Origin: Acutalibacteraceae bacterium
Lineage (GTDB): Bacteria > Bacillota > Clostridia > Oscillospirales > Acutalibacteraceae
Assembly: GCA_045660625.1 (NCBI GenBank)
Contig: JAZREF010000026.1
Location: 49,342 to 113,341, forward strand
Reading direction: 5' to 3'
Length of the DNA stretch: 64,000 nt
This document shows positions 44,928-53,335 of this stretch, in pieces; position 1 is the stretch's first letter, and each line of letters begins with the position of its first letter. Below the pieces are notes generated by a model. That model was not told the DNA's origin and made no database searches. It saw only the letters and a program-made list of their open reading frames with translations. Made by a program: the position numbers and the translations under genes.

Positions 44928-46133
44928 ATGACAAAAGTGAAATGGCTTGCTCTCGTTTGCGTATTGGCGCTATCCATCGGCGGTTGCACGATTACGACCA
45001 CTCCGCCGGCAACACCCAGCGCCGACGCCATACAAGTAAACGGAGCCAAGTATCAAAGCGAATATTACCAATATCTGCAATACCGTCATCTGGCTAACGA
45101 CGAGCAGAAATGCTACGGTCAAATCTACACGGCTTTGCGCGACCACGGTATGGATGACAACACCATAACCGGCGCCGACGGCCAGCTGTGCCCCGGCATA
45201 CGCATCGCCATCTCCGACGTACAACTCAATCAAGAGGCGTTATCCCGCGTTTTCGAGGCCTTCCTACACGATAATCCCCAGTTTTTCTACCTGGATCGCA
45301 CCTATAGTTTGGAAGGACACGAGATCAATGGCCAAAACGTGTACGACACGCTGGTGTTACAATTCACCATGACAGCCGATCAACGCTCGAACGCATCCGA
45401 CCAGCTGGAGACGGCCATTCAGATCATTCTCGACGACCTGCCGCTCTCAACCGACCATTATGATACGGAGATCTATCTCCACGACCGACTTATGGCTCTG
45501 TGCACCTATGACGACCAAGCTGCGGAGGCTTCGTCGCAAGAATTTGCGGATGCCTACTCGGCCTATGGCGCTCTCGTCAATGGCAAAGCGGTCTGCGAAG
45601 GGTATGCAAAAGCGATGCAGTTGCTGTTGCATCGCGTCTCCATCCCCGCCACCGTCGTATTGGGGCACTCCTTGGATGACGGCATTCCGCATATGTGGAA
45701 CCTGGTCAACATCAATGGTGCCTACTACTATTTGGATCCCACGTGGAACGACAACGACGCGCAACCGACCTACGCCTATTTCAACATCACCTCGGATATG
45801 TTGTCGCGCACTCACGTCATAGATTCTCAACTGTACACCGAATCCTGTACCGCCACCAAAGATAATTACTTTGTGCGCAACCAGACATATATCGACTCCT
45901 ACGACCGCGACACCATCGCTGAGGCGATAGCAGGATGCATCCGCGATGGCGACACCGTTGTACATCTGCAATTTGAAAAAGGAAAGTACGAAAACGCGCT
46001 GCTATTCCTGAAAAACGCCACCCTCACGCAAAAAATGGTGAACAGTCACTTGTATCCGGACAAGACGATGTGGGACTACGAACTGTACACGTTCAGTGGA
46101 CAAAACGTCATCACCATTCGCAAAGCAAAATAA
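44928..46133 (+). CDS. Transglutaminase-like (Cys-His-Asp core) lipoprotein
   Basis: Lipobox LSIGGC. GKAVCEGYAKAMQLLL ... HMWNLVNINGAYYYLDPTW is the transglutaminase-core signature. Confidence 0.7.
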   Translation: MTKVKWLALVCVLALSIGGCTITTTPPATPSADAIQVNGAKYQSEYYQYLQYRHLANDEQKCYGQIYTALRDHGMDDNTITGADGQLCPGIRIAISDVQLNQEALSRVFEAFLHDNPQFFYLDRTYSLEGHEINGQNVYDTLVLQFTMTADQRSNASDQLETAIQIILDDLPLSTDHYDTEIYLHDRLMALCTYDDQAAEASSQEFADAYSAYGALVNGKAVCEGYAKAMQLLLHRVSIPATVVLGHSLDDGIPHMWNLVNINGAYYYLDPTWNDNDAQPTYAYFNITSDMLSRTHVIDSQLYTESCTATKDNYFVRNQTYIDSYDRDTIAEAIAGCIRDGDTVVHLQFEKGKYENALLFLKNATLTQKMVNSHLYPDKTMWDYELYTFSGQNVITIRKAK

Positions 46134-46170
46134 AAGAAGGGCTGTGCATAACGCACAGCCCTTCTTTTTT
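46131..46170. terminator. Bidirectional terminator between the convergent transglutaminase-like gene and cdaR
   Basis: GAAGGGCTGTGC-ataac-GCACAGCCCTTC with A/T tracts on both sides. Confidence 0.8.
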
Positions 46171-47488
46171 ACTCTTCTACAATGCTGATTTCAATCTTGT
46201 ATCCATCCACGCCATAGTAGGCCCAGACCGAATCGCTGTCAACCTCAACGCGCACAGACACCTTTTGATTGTGGACAGGCTGCAAGCCTTGTCCATCGAT
46301 GACAATGCGCACCTTTTTAGGGTCAATCTTCTTCAATACAGAAGAAGGACCGCACAGGGTAATCTCCAGAGGCTGATTCGTCTCGGGTTTCACGATATAG
46401 CCCTCGGGGCAATTCTCCACCACGATGTTATCGGTGGAAATCGGGACGGACAACGTCTTATTGGTGTAACCGGATAAATCCATCGCCACAGTCAGCGTCA
46501 CGCTGTTGCCAAACGGCAAGACACTACCGGTCTCGTCCAAAGTGATCACGTTGTTAACGTCCTTTTTTTCAGCCAACAACTGGTCGAAATCAACGGTGAG
46601 TCCCGCACGGACCACGTCCATATACTCTTCCAGCTCGTTGGGAATGGCCCACAACTCAATATGATCCTTGGACAACGTCACCTTGTCATAGAGCGTCTCA
46701 GGGGCGTTCTTGATGTTCAGGTAGACGGACTCTTTATAATACTCCATCACAGGCACAACCACGTGCACCCTGCTATTCTCGGTGTTGAGGAAGGAAATAG
46801 ACTCGACGGGACGGTCGTACTGATCGTAAGCCACCAAATCCGCGCTGAAAGAGGCCGTCTCAGACAACTGAGCCTCGTCGGAAACGATAGCAGCAATACG
46901 CGCGATACGCGCAATTGCCGATTTAGGTCCACTCACTGTAACGGCACCATCCGTAATGGCGGTTCCACTGAGAGAAGGTGTACCGAATCGCAACTGCTCG
47001 GTGTTGGTCACCGACAGTTTGGGCATCTCGACATTATCGGGAGTTAACGCAAACGGCTTCTCGCTCCACACATCGCAGGTTACGCTGATGGCGTTGTTCG
47101 TACCCTTGGGGCCGACCACGCTCAACACCTTATAATTGCCCGTATTGGATACACGCAACGGCAACGTATACGTGCCCTCTTTGAGAATCGCGCCGGTATC
47201 CGCCACGACGGTAATATCCTTCGCCGTCAGCATACCGATCACCGAGCGGGGACCCTCCACGGTAATGGTCGCCACCGCATCGGCACCATCGACAATGCGC
47301 AAATTCAAATCTTCACTAGCGTAGGGAGTCAGCGCCACAGTGACAGGCACGTTGCCAATCACGCGCTGCTCGGCGTTGCCCTGATTGTAAACCACCAAAA
47401 ACCAAATCACGATAGCCAGGATCAAAGAAACCAGCATCATCAATTTATCTTTACGGAGAAGGTGGCTGAAAGAAAGATGTTTTTTCAT
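46169..47488 (-). CDS. cdaR: CdaA regulatory protein (YbbR-domain repeats)
   Basis: MKKHLSF start overlaps the cdaA stop by 1 nt. One TM segment, then repeated YbbR-like beta modules. Synteny with cdaA. Confidence 0.7.
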   Translation of the reverse strand: MKKHLSFSHLLRKDKLMMLVSLILAIVIWFLVVYNQGNAEQRVIGNVPVTVALTPYASEDLNLRIVDGADAVATITVEGPRSVIGMLTAKDITVVADTGAILKEGTYTLPLRVSNTGNYKVLSVVGPKGTNNAISVTCDVWSEKPFALTPDNVEMPKLSVTNTEQLRFGTPSLSGTAITDGAVTVSGPKSAIARIARIAAIVSDEAQLSETASFSADLVAYDQYDRPVESISFLNTENSRVHVVVPVMEYYKESVYLNIKNAPETLYDKVTLSKDHIELWAIPNELEEYMDVVRAGLTVDFDQLLAEKKDVNNVITLDETGSVLPFGNSVTLTVAMDLSGYTNKTLSVPISTDNIVVENCPEGYIVKPETNQPLEITLCGPSSVLKKIDPKKVRIVIDGQGLQPVHNQKVSVRVEVDSDSVWAYYGVDGYKIEISIVEE

Positions 47489-48378
47489 CACTTCTTCTCC
47501 TTTCTGGCCAGGCGCAATTTGCGAATCTTCTTCAAAGATTCCGGCTCCTCGTCGTTCCACAGGATGCGATCGGCCAACGTCTTAATCAGCGTCTCGCGGG
47601 TGAAGTTACGCTTGAGCTCGCCGGCCTCGGCGATAGAGATCATACCCGTCTCCTCAGACAAAATAACCACAATAGCATCGGACTCTTCGCTCATGCCGAC
47701 ACCGGCACGATGACGAGTACCCAGCTCACGGCTGATCTGTAGGTTGTTGGTCAACGGCAGAATGCAAGAGGCCGCATACACCTTGCCGTCGCGGATAATC
47801 ATCGCGCCGTCGTGCAAGGGAGCCTTGTTGTAGAACACGGCAGAAATCAACGCCGCAGAAGGCTCTGCCTCGATAATGGTACCGGTGCGAACAATCTCGC
47901 CCAAACGGGTGGAGCGCTCCATCACCACCAGAGCGCCCATCTTCTGCTTCTGCAGAATCTCCAGCGCGTCGGCCGTCTCCTCGATCGCCTTATTCCACTG
48001 CTCGATATGGGTGGCGTTGTTCTCTGCCTTGAAACCGCCGAAAATGCGAGCAAGGCCGCTACGAGAATTACCGGCCTGCTCCAGAGCGCGGCGCACCTCA
48101 GGCTGGAACACCACAATCAGCAGCAACAGACCGTTGTCAAACAACGCCTGCAGCAGGTACTGAACCGTCTTCAACTCAAACAAGGAGGCGGCAATGTAGA
48201 CGACCACAAGAATCAAAATGCCACGCAGCAACTGCTCGGCGCGGGAATCACGCACCAAACGGATGATGAAGTAGAAAAAGATTGCTACCAACAGAATATC
48301 CAACGTATCCGATATCCAGTTGTAGGTGACAAAGAAGCCAACAATTTGCTGCCAAAGATTCACAAAAAACGCGGCCAT
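47488..48378 (-). CDS. cdaA: Diadenylate cyclase (c-di-AMP synthase)
   Basis: AGGAGG lies 7 nt before ATG 48378 (MAAFFVNLW). Three TM segments. DAC motifs HDGAMII, GTRHRAG, SEETG. Confidence 0.9.
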   Translation of the reverse strand: MAAFFVNLWQQIVGFFVTYNWISDTLDILLVAIFFYFIIRLVRDSRAEQLLRGILILVVVYIAASLFELKTVQYLLQALFDNGLLLLIVVFQPEVRRALEQAGNSRSGLARIFGGFKAENNATHIEQWNKAIEETADALEILQKQKMGALVVMERSTRLGEIVRTGTIIEAEPSAALISAVFYNKAPLHDGAMIIRDGKVYAASCILPLTNNLQISRELGTRHRAGVGMSEESDAIVVILSEETGMISIAEAGELKRNFTRETLIKTLADRILWNDEEPESLKKIRKLRLARKEKK

Positions 48379-48480
48379 TCTTTTACCTCCTCGTACTGTA
48401 AAGTCTTCAAAGTTATGAGCAACCGATGGCATCATCGGCCTATACAAACCCATTTTAGTCCATTATAACATAAATTCCTA

Positions 48481-49629
48481 TTAGTGCAACGATTTTTCCG
48501 CAATTTGCAAAAAAACTTTACAAATGCGCCGCGCCTCCTCTTCCGTCGAAAAAATCGAGGGCGCCAATCGCACTGTCCCGCCCTCGATTGTGCCAAAATG
48601 GCGATGTGCCGCAGGCGCGCAATGCCAACCTGCGCGCACAGCAATATTGTGCTCGTCCAGCCACGCCCCTACCTGCTCCGATGGTGTGTTTTTCACATTC
48701 AGCGACATAACGGGACCCATTTTGCCCACACAAGGTCTCGCGGTGTAAAAGCAGAATGCAGGATGATCAAACAGTTGATCATACACATACTGCAAACATC
48801 GAATCTCGTGCCGATGGATTGCCGTAATCCCCCTGCTTTTCACAAAATCAATACCGGCGCGAATACCACAGATTCCCGACACATTTAGAGTACCGCTCTC
48901 CAATCGGTCAGGGAATTCGTCGGGCTGTGCCAGCGACAAAGAGTGACTGCCAGTACCTCCACGAATCAGTGGTTCGATGAAAGCGGAAGTTCGGCATAAT
49001 AACAATCCCGTTCCCATCGGCGCATATAGTCCCTTGTGAGGTGCTACACACAAAAAGTCGATTTCGTCGGCTTCCATATTGATGGGCAGAATGCCGGCAC
49101 TCTGCGCCGCATCCACGCAGAATAACAATCCATATTGATGAGCCAGTTTTCCTAATTTTTGTATCGGAAGGGTGACGCCAAAAACATTGGAAGCGTGGGT
49201 ACACATCAGCAGTTTCGTGTTCGGCCGAATTGCCCGACGGAATCGTTCCACCAGTTCGTCCTCGTCCGCGCACCAATTGACCACGTCGTAGCGTAGCACC
49301 GCTCCCGATAAAGCGTTTAGCGGACGCATCACGGCATTATGCTCCAAATCCGACGTAAGCACCCGTTCGTTCTCCCCCAACACACCGCGAATCACCGTGT
49401 TGATGGCAGCCGTACAGTTCGACGTGAAGACGACGCTGCTTATATCAGCGAGTCCAAAGAAGTCAGCCACTGCTCGACGACATTCGTACACCTGCTCAGC
49501 GGCTATCAAAGACATTTTATGGCCGGATCGGCCGGGATTCGCACCGTAAAGTGCATTTGCTTTACACGACGCAACCCGCACAGTTGACGGCTTTGGAAAG
49601 GTGGTCGCTGCATTATCCCAATAAATCAT
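48481..49629 (-). CDS. Class-V aminotransferase / cysteine-desulfurase-family PLP enzyme
   Basis: 382 aa. PLP-lysine context VAPHKGLYAPMGTG and overall NifS/CsdA-like layout. Confidence 0.7.
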   Translation of the reverse strand: MIYWDNAATTFPKPSTVRVASCKANALYGANPGRSGHKMSLIAAEQVYECRRAVADFFGLADISSVVFTSNCTAAINTVIRGVLGENERVLTSDLEHNAVMRPLNALSGAVLRYDVVNWCADEDELVERFRRAIRPNTKLLMCTHASNVFGVTLPIQKLGKLAHQYGLLFCVDAAQSAGILPINMEADEIDFLCVAPHKGLYAPMGTGLLLCRTSAFIEPLIRGGTGSHSLSLAQPDEFPDRLESGTLNVSGICGIRAGIDFVKSRGITAIHRHEIRCLQYVYDQLFDHPAFCFYTARPCVGKMGPVMSLNVKNTPSEQVGAWLDEHNIAVRAGWHCAPAAHRHFGTIEGGTVRLAPSIFSTEEEARRICKVFLQIAEKSLH

Positions 49630-49640
49630 TCTCTCACCCC

Positions 49641-49862
49641 TTACATCGCATCCGTCACACGAATCACGCGAACACCGCGCTGTTTCAGTACGTGTTCAGC
49701 CTTCTTCACGTCACCGGTAACCAACAGACTGTAACCACATCCATCCCCGACAGAGGGGTGTTGCGAGCGGTGAAGATATGCGCGCATCCCCTGCTCTTCC
49801 AGCAGCTGTTTACCTCGCATCGCATTGGTCACCGATCCGACGTGTATATAAAAATTAGGCAT
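49641..49862 (-). CDS. DUF3343-like small protein (putative S/Se carrier-like)
   Basis: GGAGGGGAG precedes ATG 49862 (MPNFYIHVGS...). Conserved GCGYSL motif. Adjacent to the class-V aminotransferase. Confidence 0.55.
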   Translation of the reverse strand: MPNFYIHVGSVTNAMRGKQLLEEQGMRAYLHRSQHPSVGDGCGYSLLVTGDVKKAEHVLKQRGVRVIRVTDAM

Positions 49863-49933
49863 TTTCTCCCCTCCCATCGGTCTGTCCTAATCCCATAGTA
49901 TGCAAATCAATCCCATCGGCAACAAAATCCATC

Positions 49934-49962
49934 TTGACGGAATGCAGAATATAGGGTATCAT
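49934..49962 (+). promoter_or_regulatory. Sigma-A-type promoter for the DUF1292 gene (and possibly the downstream RNA)
   Basis: TTGACG, 17-nt spacer, TATCAT. Confidence 0.5.
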
Positions 49963-49991
49963 TACAATATCGAAGAAAAGGAGTGAATACT

Positions 49992-50303
49992 ATGTCTGAA
50001 GAGTTTGGCAATAACATCGTATCCGTTCTGGACGATGAAGGTAAAGAGCATCAGTTTGAGCTGCTGGACGCCATCGAGACCGACGACGGTCGTTACGTGG
50101 CGCTGCTGCCCATCTACACCGAGGCCGATGAGGCTATCGAGGATGACGGCGAGCTGGTCATCCTTGAAGTGGTTAACGACGAGGGCGAGGATCTGCTGGT
50201 TCCCATCGAGGACGACGAGACCTTCGACGAGATCGCTGAGATCTTTGAGGAACGCCTGAGCGATTACTACGAGATCAACGAGGAACCCGCTCCCCTGAGC
50301 TAA
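49992..50303 (+). CDS. DUF1292-family acidic protein
   Basis: AAAGGAG lies 8 nt before ATG 49992. VSVLDDEGKEHQFELLDAIETDDGRYVALLP is the DUF1292 signature. Confidence 0.75.
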   Translation: MSEEFGNNIVSVLDDEGKEHQFELLDAIETDDGRYVALLPIYTEADEAIEDDGELVILEVVNDEGEDLLVPIEDDETFDEIAEIFEERLSDYYEINEEPAPLS

Positions 50304-50309
50304 TGATTA

Positions 50310-50495
50310 TCCTGCTGTGCTCGCGGACTGTCGTCTTTTAACCCTACTACACTTTGTAAACGGGAATCCTGCTCCGTCTGTGGAGTGCAGACCTCCCCGC
50401 CTCGGCGGGACGAAGGGAGCCAGAAAGAGATGGGCGATACCCACCCTGCTGTATATAGTAGCAGGTTATGCCGACGACATTACGACACGGCGGGA
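50310..50495 (+). ncRNA. Candidate rod-shaped small RNA (6S-like fold); identity unconfirmed
   Basis: Non-coding gap with long-range pairing: 50310-50323 with 50483-50495 (13 bp, 1 bulge, 2 G.U), 50330-35 with 50473-78, 50339-43 with 50464-68, and 50347-50 with 50458-61. These enclose an A/U-rich 11/11-nt internal loop (50351-61 / 50447-57) and a GC-rich apical part. The G.U pairs favour the + strand. A terminator hairpin follows. Confidence 0.35.
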
Positions 50496-50504
50496 CTATT
50501 GTAA

Positions 50505-50550
50505 AAGCAAGAAGCACCCGACACCAATTTGGTGTCGGGTGCTTTTCTTA
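50505..50550. terminator. Bidirectional terminator between the candidate RNA (+) and rlmH (-)
   Basis: AGCACCCGACACC-aattt-GGTGTCGGGTGCT with flanking A/T-rich tracts. Confidence 0.75.
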
Positions 50551-51030
50551 TTTGTGATATTTGCCTCCGGAAGAAATCTGGAAGGCACGATACACCTGCT
50601 CCAGCACCATTACGCGTGCCAACTGATGCGGGAATGTCATCGGCGACATTGACAGGCGCAATACCGCACGATTCTTCACTGCATCCGAGAGACCCCAAGA
50701 GCCACCGATGACGAAGGTAATGTGACTGGTGCCATCCACCGCCAACTTCTGCACACGCGCCGCCAAGGCGGGAGAATCCAATTCCTTTCCCTCAATACAC
50801 AGCGGTATCACGGCACTATCGCGCGGGATTTGATCCAGCAAACGCTTGCCCTCAGCCTCAATGGTAGCCGCAATCTGTGCGGCGGAGGGATTGTCAGGCA
50901 AACGCTCTTCCGCCACCTCAATCAAGCGAAAACGGCAAAAAGCGCCCAACCGCTTTTCATATTCCGCGCAGGCATCGCGCCAATACGCCTCTTTCAGCTT
51001 GCCGACGCACAGCAGCGTGATATTCAGCAT
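50548..51030 (-). CDS. rlmH: 23S rRNA (pseudouridine1915-N3)-methyltransferase (SPOUT)
   Basis: 160 aa, MLNITLLCVGKLKE...EYEKRL...FVIGGSWGL, a typical RlmH. Confidence 0.9.
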   Translation of the reverse strand: MLNITLLCVGKLKEAYWRDACAEYEKRLGAFCRFRLIEVAEERLPDNPSAAQIAATIEAEGKRLLDQIPRDSAVIPLCIEGKELDSPALAARVQKLAVDGTSHITFVIGGSWGLSDAVKNRAVLRLSMSPMTFPHQLARVMVLEQVYRAFQISSGGKYHK

Positions 51031-51043
51031 ACTACTCCCTCCA

Positions 51044-51838
51044 TCAGAAATAGATTACAGGCGTATCGCCTGTGGGTTTCGCCACAGACAGCAAGCAATC
51101 TCTGCCCACCGCAACACCGGCGGACGTCAACGCACTCGATGCACAACCCAGCGCCAGTTCAGGCGTGTTGTTATGCTCGCTCAGGTGAGCCAGGACAATA
51201 CGATTCGCTCCCGCCGACACCAACGCCGGCAATACGGCGGCGCACTCTTGGTTAGACAGGTGGCCGCCGTAGCCGCGAATACGCTGAATCAACCAATATG
51301 GATATGGACCGTTGCGCAACATTTCCGGGTCGTGATTGGATTCGATATGTACCGTCTGACAACCCAAAATCGCCTGCAGAACCGAATCGGGAAGATAGCC
51401 CAAGTCGGTGGTCATTGCCAGCGAACGGCCGTCCTCGCTATCGATGCGATAGCCATAACACTGACGACTGTCATGGGGCGTTTCGAAAGAGGAAACGCGG
51501 AGTCCCGCCACAGTCACAGACTGCTGGGACGGCAGCATAAAAATCTTACTGTTGCAAGGAAGCTTATCCTGCTCAGCCAGTGCGTCTAGGGTACCCTCGG
51601 ACGCCACCACAGGCCATCCAAATTGCTTGCTAAGCACCTGTAAACCTGCCACGTGATCGGAATGTTCGTGGGTCAACAGCACCGCACGAATGGTGGAGGG
51701 GTCGATATCTCGCTCTGACAGAGCCGTTTTGATCCTTTTTGCGGACACACCGGCATCGATCAGAATGCCGCCATCCGCCGTACCGACGTAGGTGCAGTTA
51801 CCTGTGCTACCGGAAAATAACGGACAATACCGCAGCAT
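51044..51838 (-). CDS. MBL-fold metallo-hydrolase (YycJ/WalJ-like)
   Basis: LTHEHSDHVAG motif. It lies upstream of rlmH, as yycJ-rlmH do in Bacillus. Confidence 0.8.
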   Translation of the reverse strand: MLRYCPLFSGSTGNCTYVGTADGGILIDAGVSAKRIKTALSERDIDPSTIRAVLLTHEHSDHVAGLQVLSKQFGWPVVASEGTLDALAEQDKLPCNSKIFMLPSQQSVTVAGLRVSSFETPHDSRQCYGYRIDSEDGRSLAMTTDLGYLPDSVLQAILGCQTVHIESNHDPEMLRNGPYPYWLIQRIRGYGGHLSNQECAAVLPALVSAGANRIVLAHLSEHNNTPELALGCASSALTSAGVAVGRDCLLSVAKPTGDTPVIYF

Positions 51839-51854
51839 CTAGTTCCCCTCCTTT

Positions 51855-51899
51855 CAATAAGAACGCCGCAGAAACCGCCTATGGCAGTATCTGCGGCGT
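51855..51899 (-). terminator. Possible terminator after murA
   Basis: ACGCCGCAG ... CTGCGGCGT (9-bp stem, long loop) with a weak T-tract. Confidence 0.4.
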
Positions 51900-51914
51900 C
51901 ACATACAACGACGA

Positions 51915-53180
51915 TCAGTCTTCCTCTTCAATCAGAGAAATCTCAGCGCCCAAACGAATCAATTTCTTCACAATATTCTCATAACCGCGCTCAATATAGC
52001 GGATATTATCAATCTCGGTGACGCCCTCTGCAGCCAGACCGGCAATCACCATAGCCGCACCGGCGCGCAGGTCATAAGAAGTGACACTGGCGGCCGTCAA
52101 CTTGTCCACGCCGGTGATGGTGGCGGAATTGCCGTTGACCTCGATCTTGGCGCCCATTCGATTGAGCTCCTCGGTATAGCGGAAACGGTTCTCCCAAATA
52201 CCCTCGGTGATGTGGCTCACACCCTGCGCCAAGCACAGAAGCACCGCAATCTGCGGCTGCATATCGGTGGGAAAGCCGGGATGAGGCATCGTCTTAATAT
52301 TGCAGTGCTGAAGAGGTTCGCTGCAACGCACGCGCACCGCGTCATCCATCTCCTCTACCCAAGCACCCATCTCAATCAACTTAGCCGTGATGGACTCCAA
52401 GTGCTTCGGAATGACGTTACGCACCAACACGTCGCCGCGGGTCGCCACCGCCATAGCCATATAGGTACCCGCCTCGATCTGATCGGGGATGATGGAATAA
52501 TTTGCGCTATGCAAATACTGGGTGCCGCGAATCTTAATCACGTCGGTACCCGCACCGCGGATATCGGCGCCCATCGTGTTCAAAAAGTTGGCCAGGTCAA
52601 CGATATGAGGCTCCTTGGCCGCATTCTCGATGATGGTCATACCCATAGCACGCACAGCGGCCAGCATAATGTTGACGGTAGCACCAACACTGACGGTATC
52701 CAGATAAATGGAATTACCCATCAGCTGGTTGCACTGGACCTCAATGCAATCCCCCTCAACAGGATTTACCTCGGCGCCCAGCGCACGAAACCCCTTCAGG
52801 TGCAGGTCCATCGGGCGCTCGCCAAACCAACAACCGCCCGGCATCGGAACGCGAGCACGGCCGCTCTTGCCCAACAAAGCGCCGATGAAATAATACGATG
52901 CACGCATACTGCGAGCCAGATCGTCGTTCACCTCGCAGGTGTTGACAGTGGTGGGGTCGATCTCCACCGTATGCTCGTTGATACGGGTGACCTTGGCACC
53001 GAGCGACTCCAGCAACAGCAAGGAAGTGGCGACATCTTTGATATTCGGAATATTCTCAATGCGGCAAGGCTCGTCCGCCAGCAGAGCGGCAGGAAGAATC
53101 GCTACCACCGCATTTTTGGCGCCGCTGATATCCACCGCGCCGGACAGCGGAATACCGCCGTTAATTCTATACTTTCTCAC
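51915..53180 (-). CDS. murA: UDP-N-acetylglucosamine 1-carboxyvinyltransferase
   Basis: RINGGIPLSGAVDISGAKNA N-terminus. Start uncertain: GTG 53180 preferred, track ATG 53237. Full-length MurA-like sequence. Confidence 0.9.
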   Translation of the reverse strand: MRKYRINGGIPLSGAVDISGAKNAVVAILPAALLADEPCRIENIPNIKDVATSLLLLESLGAKVTRINEHTVEIDPTTVNTCEVNDDLARSMRASYYFIGALLGKSGRARVPMPGGCWFGERPMDLHLKGFRALGAEVNPVEGDCIEVQCNQLMGNSIYLDTVSVGATVNIMLAAVRAMGMTIIENAAKEPHIVDLANFLNTMGADIRGAGTDVIKIRGTQYLHSANYSIIPDQIEAGTYMAMAVATRGDVLVRNVIPKHLESITAKLIEMGAWVEEMDDAVRVRCSEPLQHCNIKTMPHPGFPTDMQPQIAVLLCLAQGVSHITEGIWENRFRYTEELNRMGAKIEVNGNSATITGVDKLTAASVTSYDLRAGAAMVIAGLAAEGVTEIDNIRYIERGYENIVKKLIRLGAEISLIEEED

Positions 53181-53335
53181 TATAGAAACACCCCTGATAG
53201 CAAATAATCTCAGCAATAGGGCTGACTTAATAGGCATAATTACCGTTGCAAACAGTTGTTATACTATTCGCCCGTAGCATTATACCACATTTGCCACCAA
53301 AAGTAAATAAATATTTTACAAAAAAGCAGAATCCG

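Noticed and set aside
50304-50550. Riboswitch or attenuator reading of the structured gap, prompted by alternative pairings from the direct repeats CCTGCTGT and GGCGGGAC
   Set aside because: No + strand gene lies downstream for it to regulate, since rlmH is convergent. A stand-alone RNA or a processed 3' UTR is more plausible, although I cannot fully exclude a 3'-UTR element of the DUF1292 gene.
50317-50652. A 111-aa + ORF (GTG start) covering the structured gap and running antisense into rlmH
   Set aside because: It has no RBS and reads through a strong terminator hairpin and the 3' end of rlmH. The region is better explained as non-coding RNA plus a terminator.
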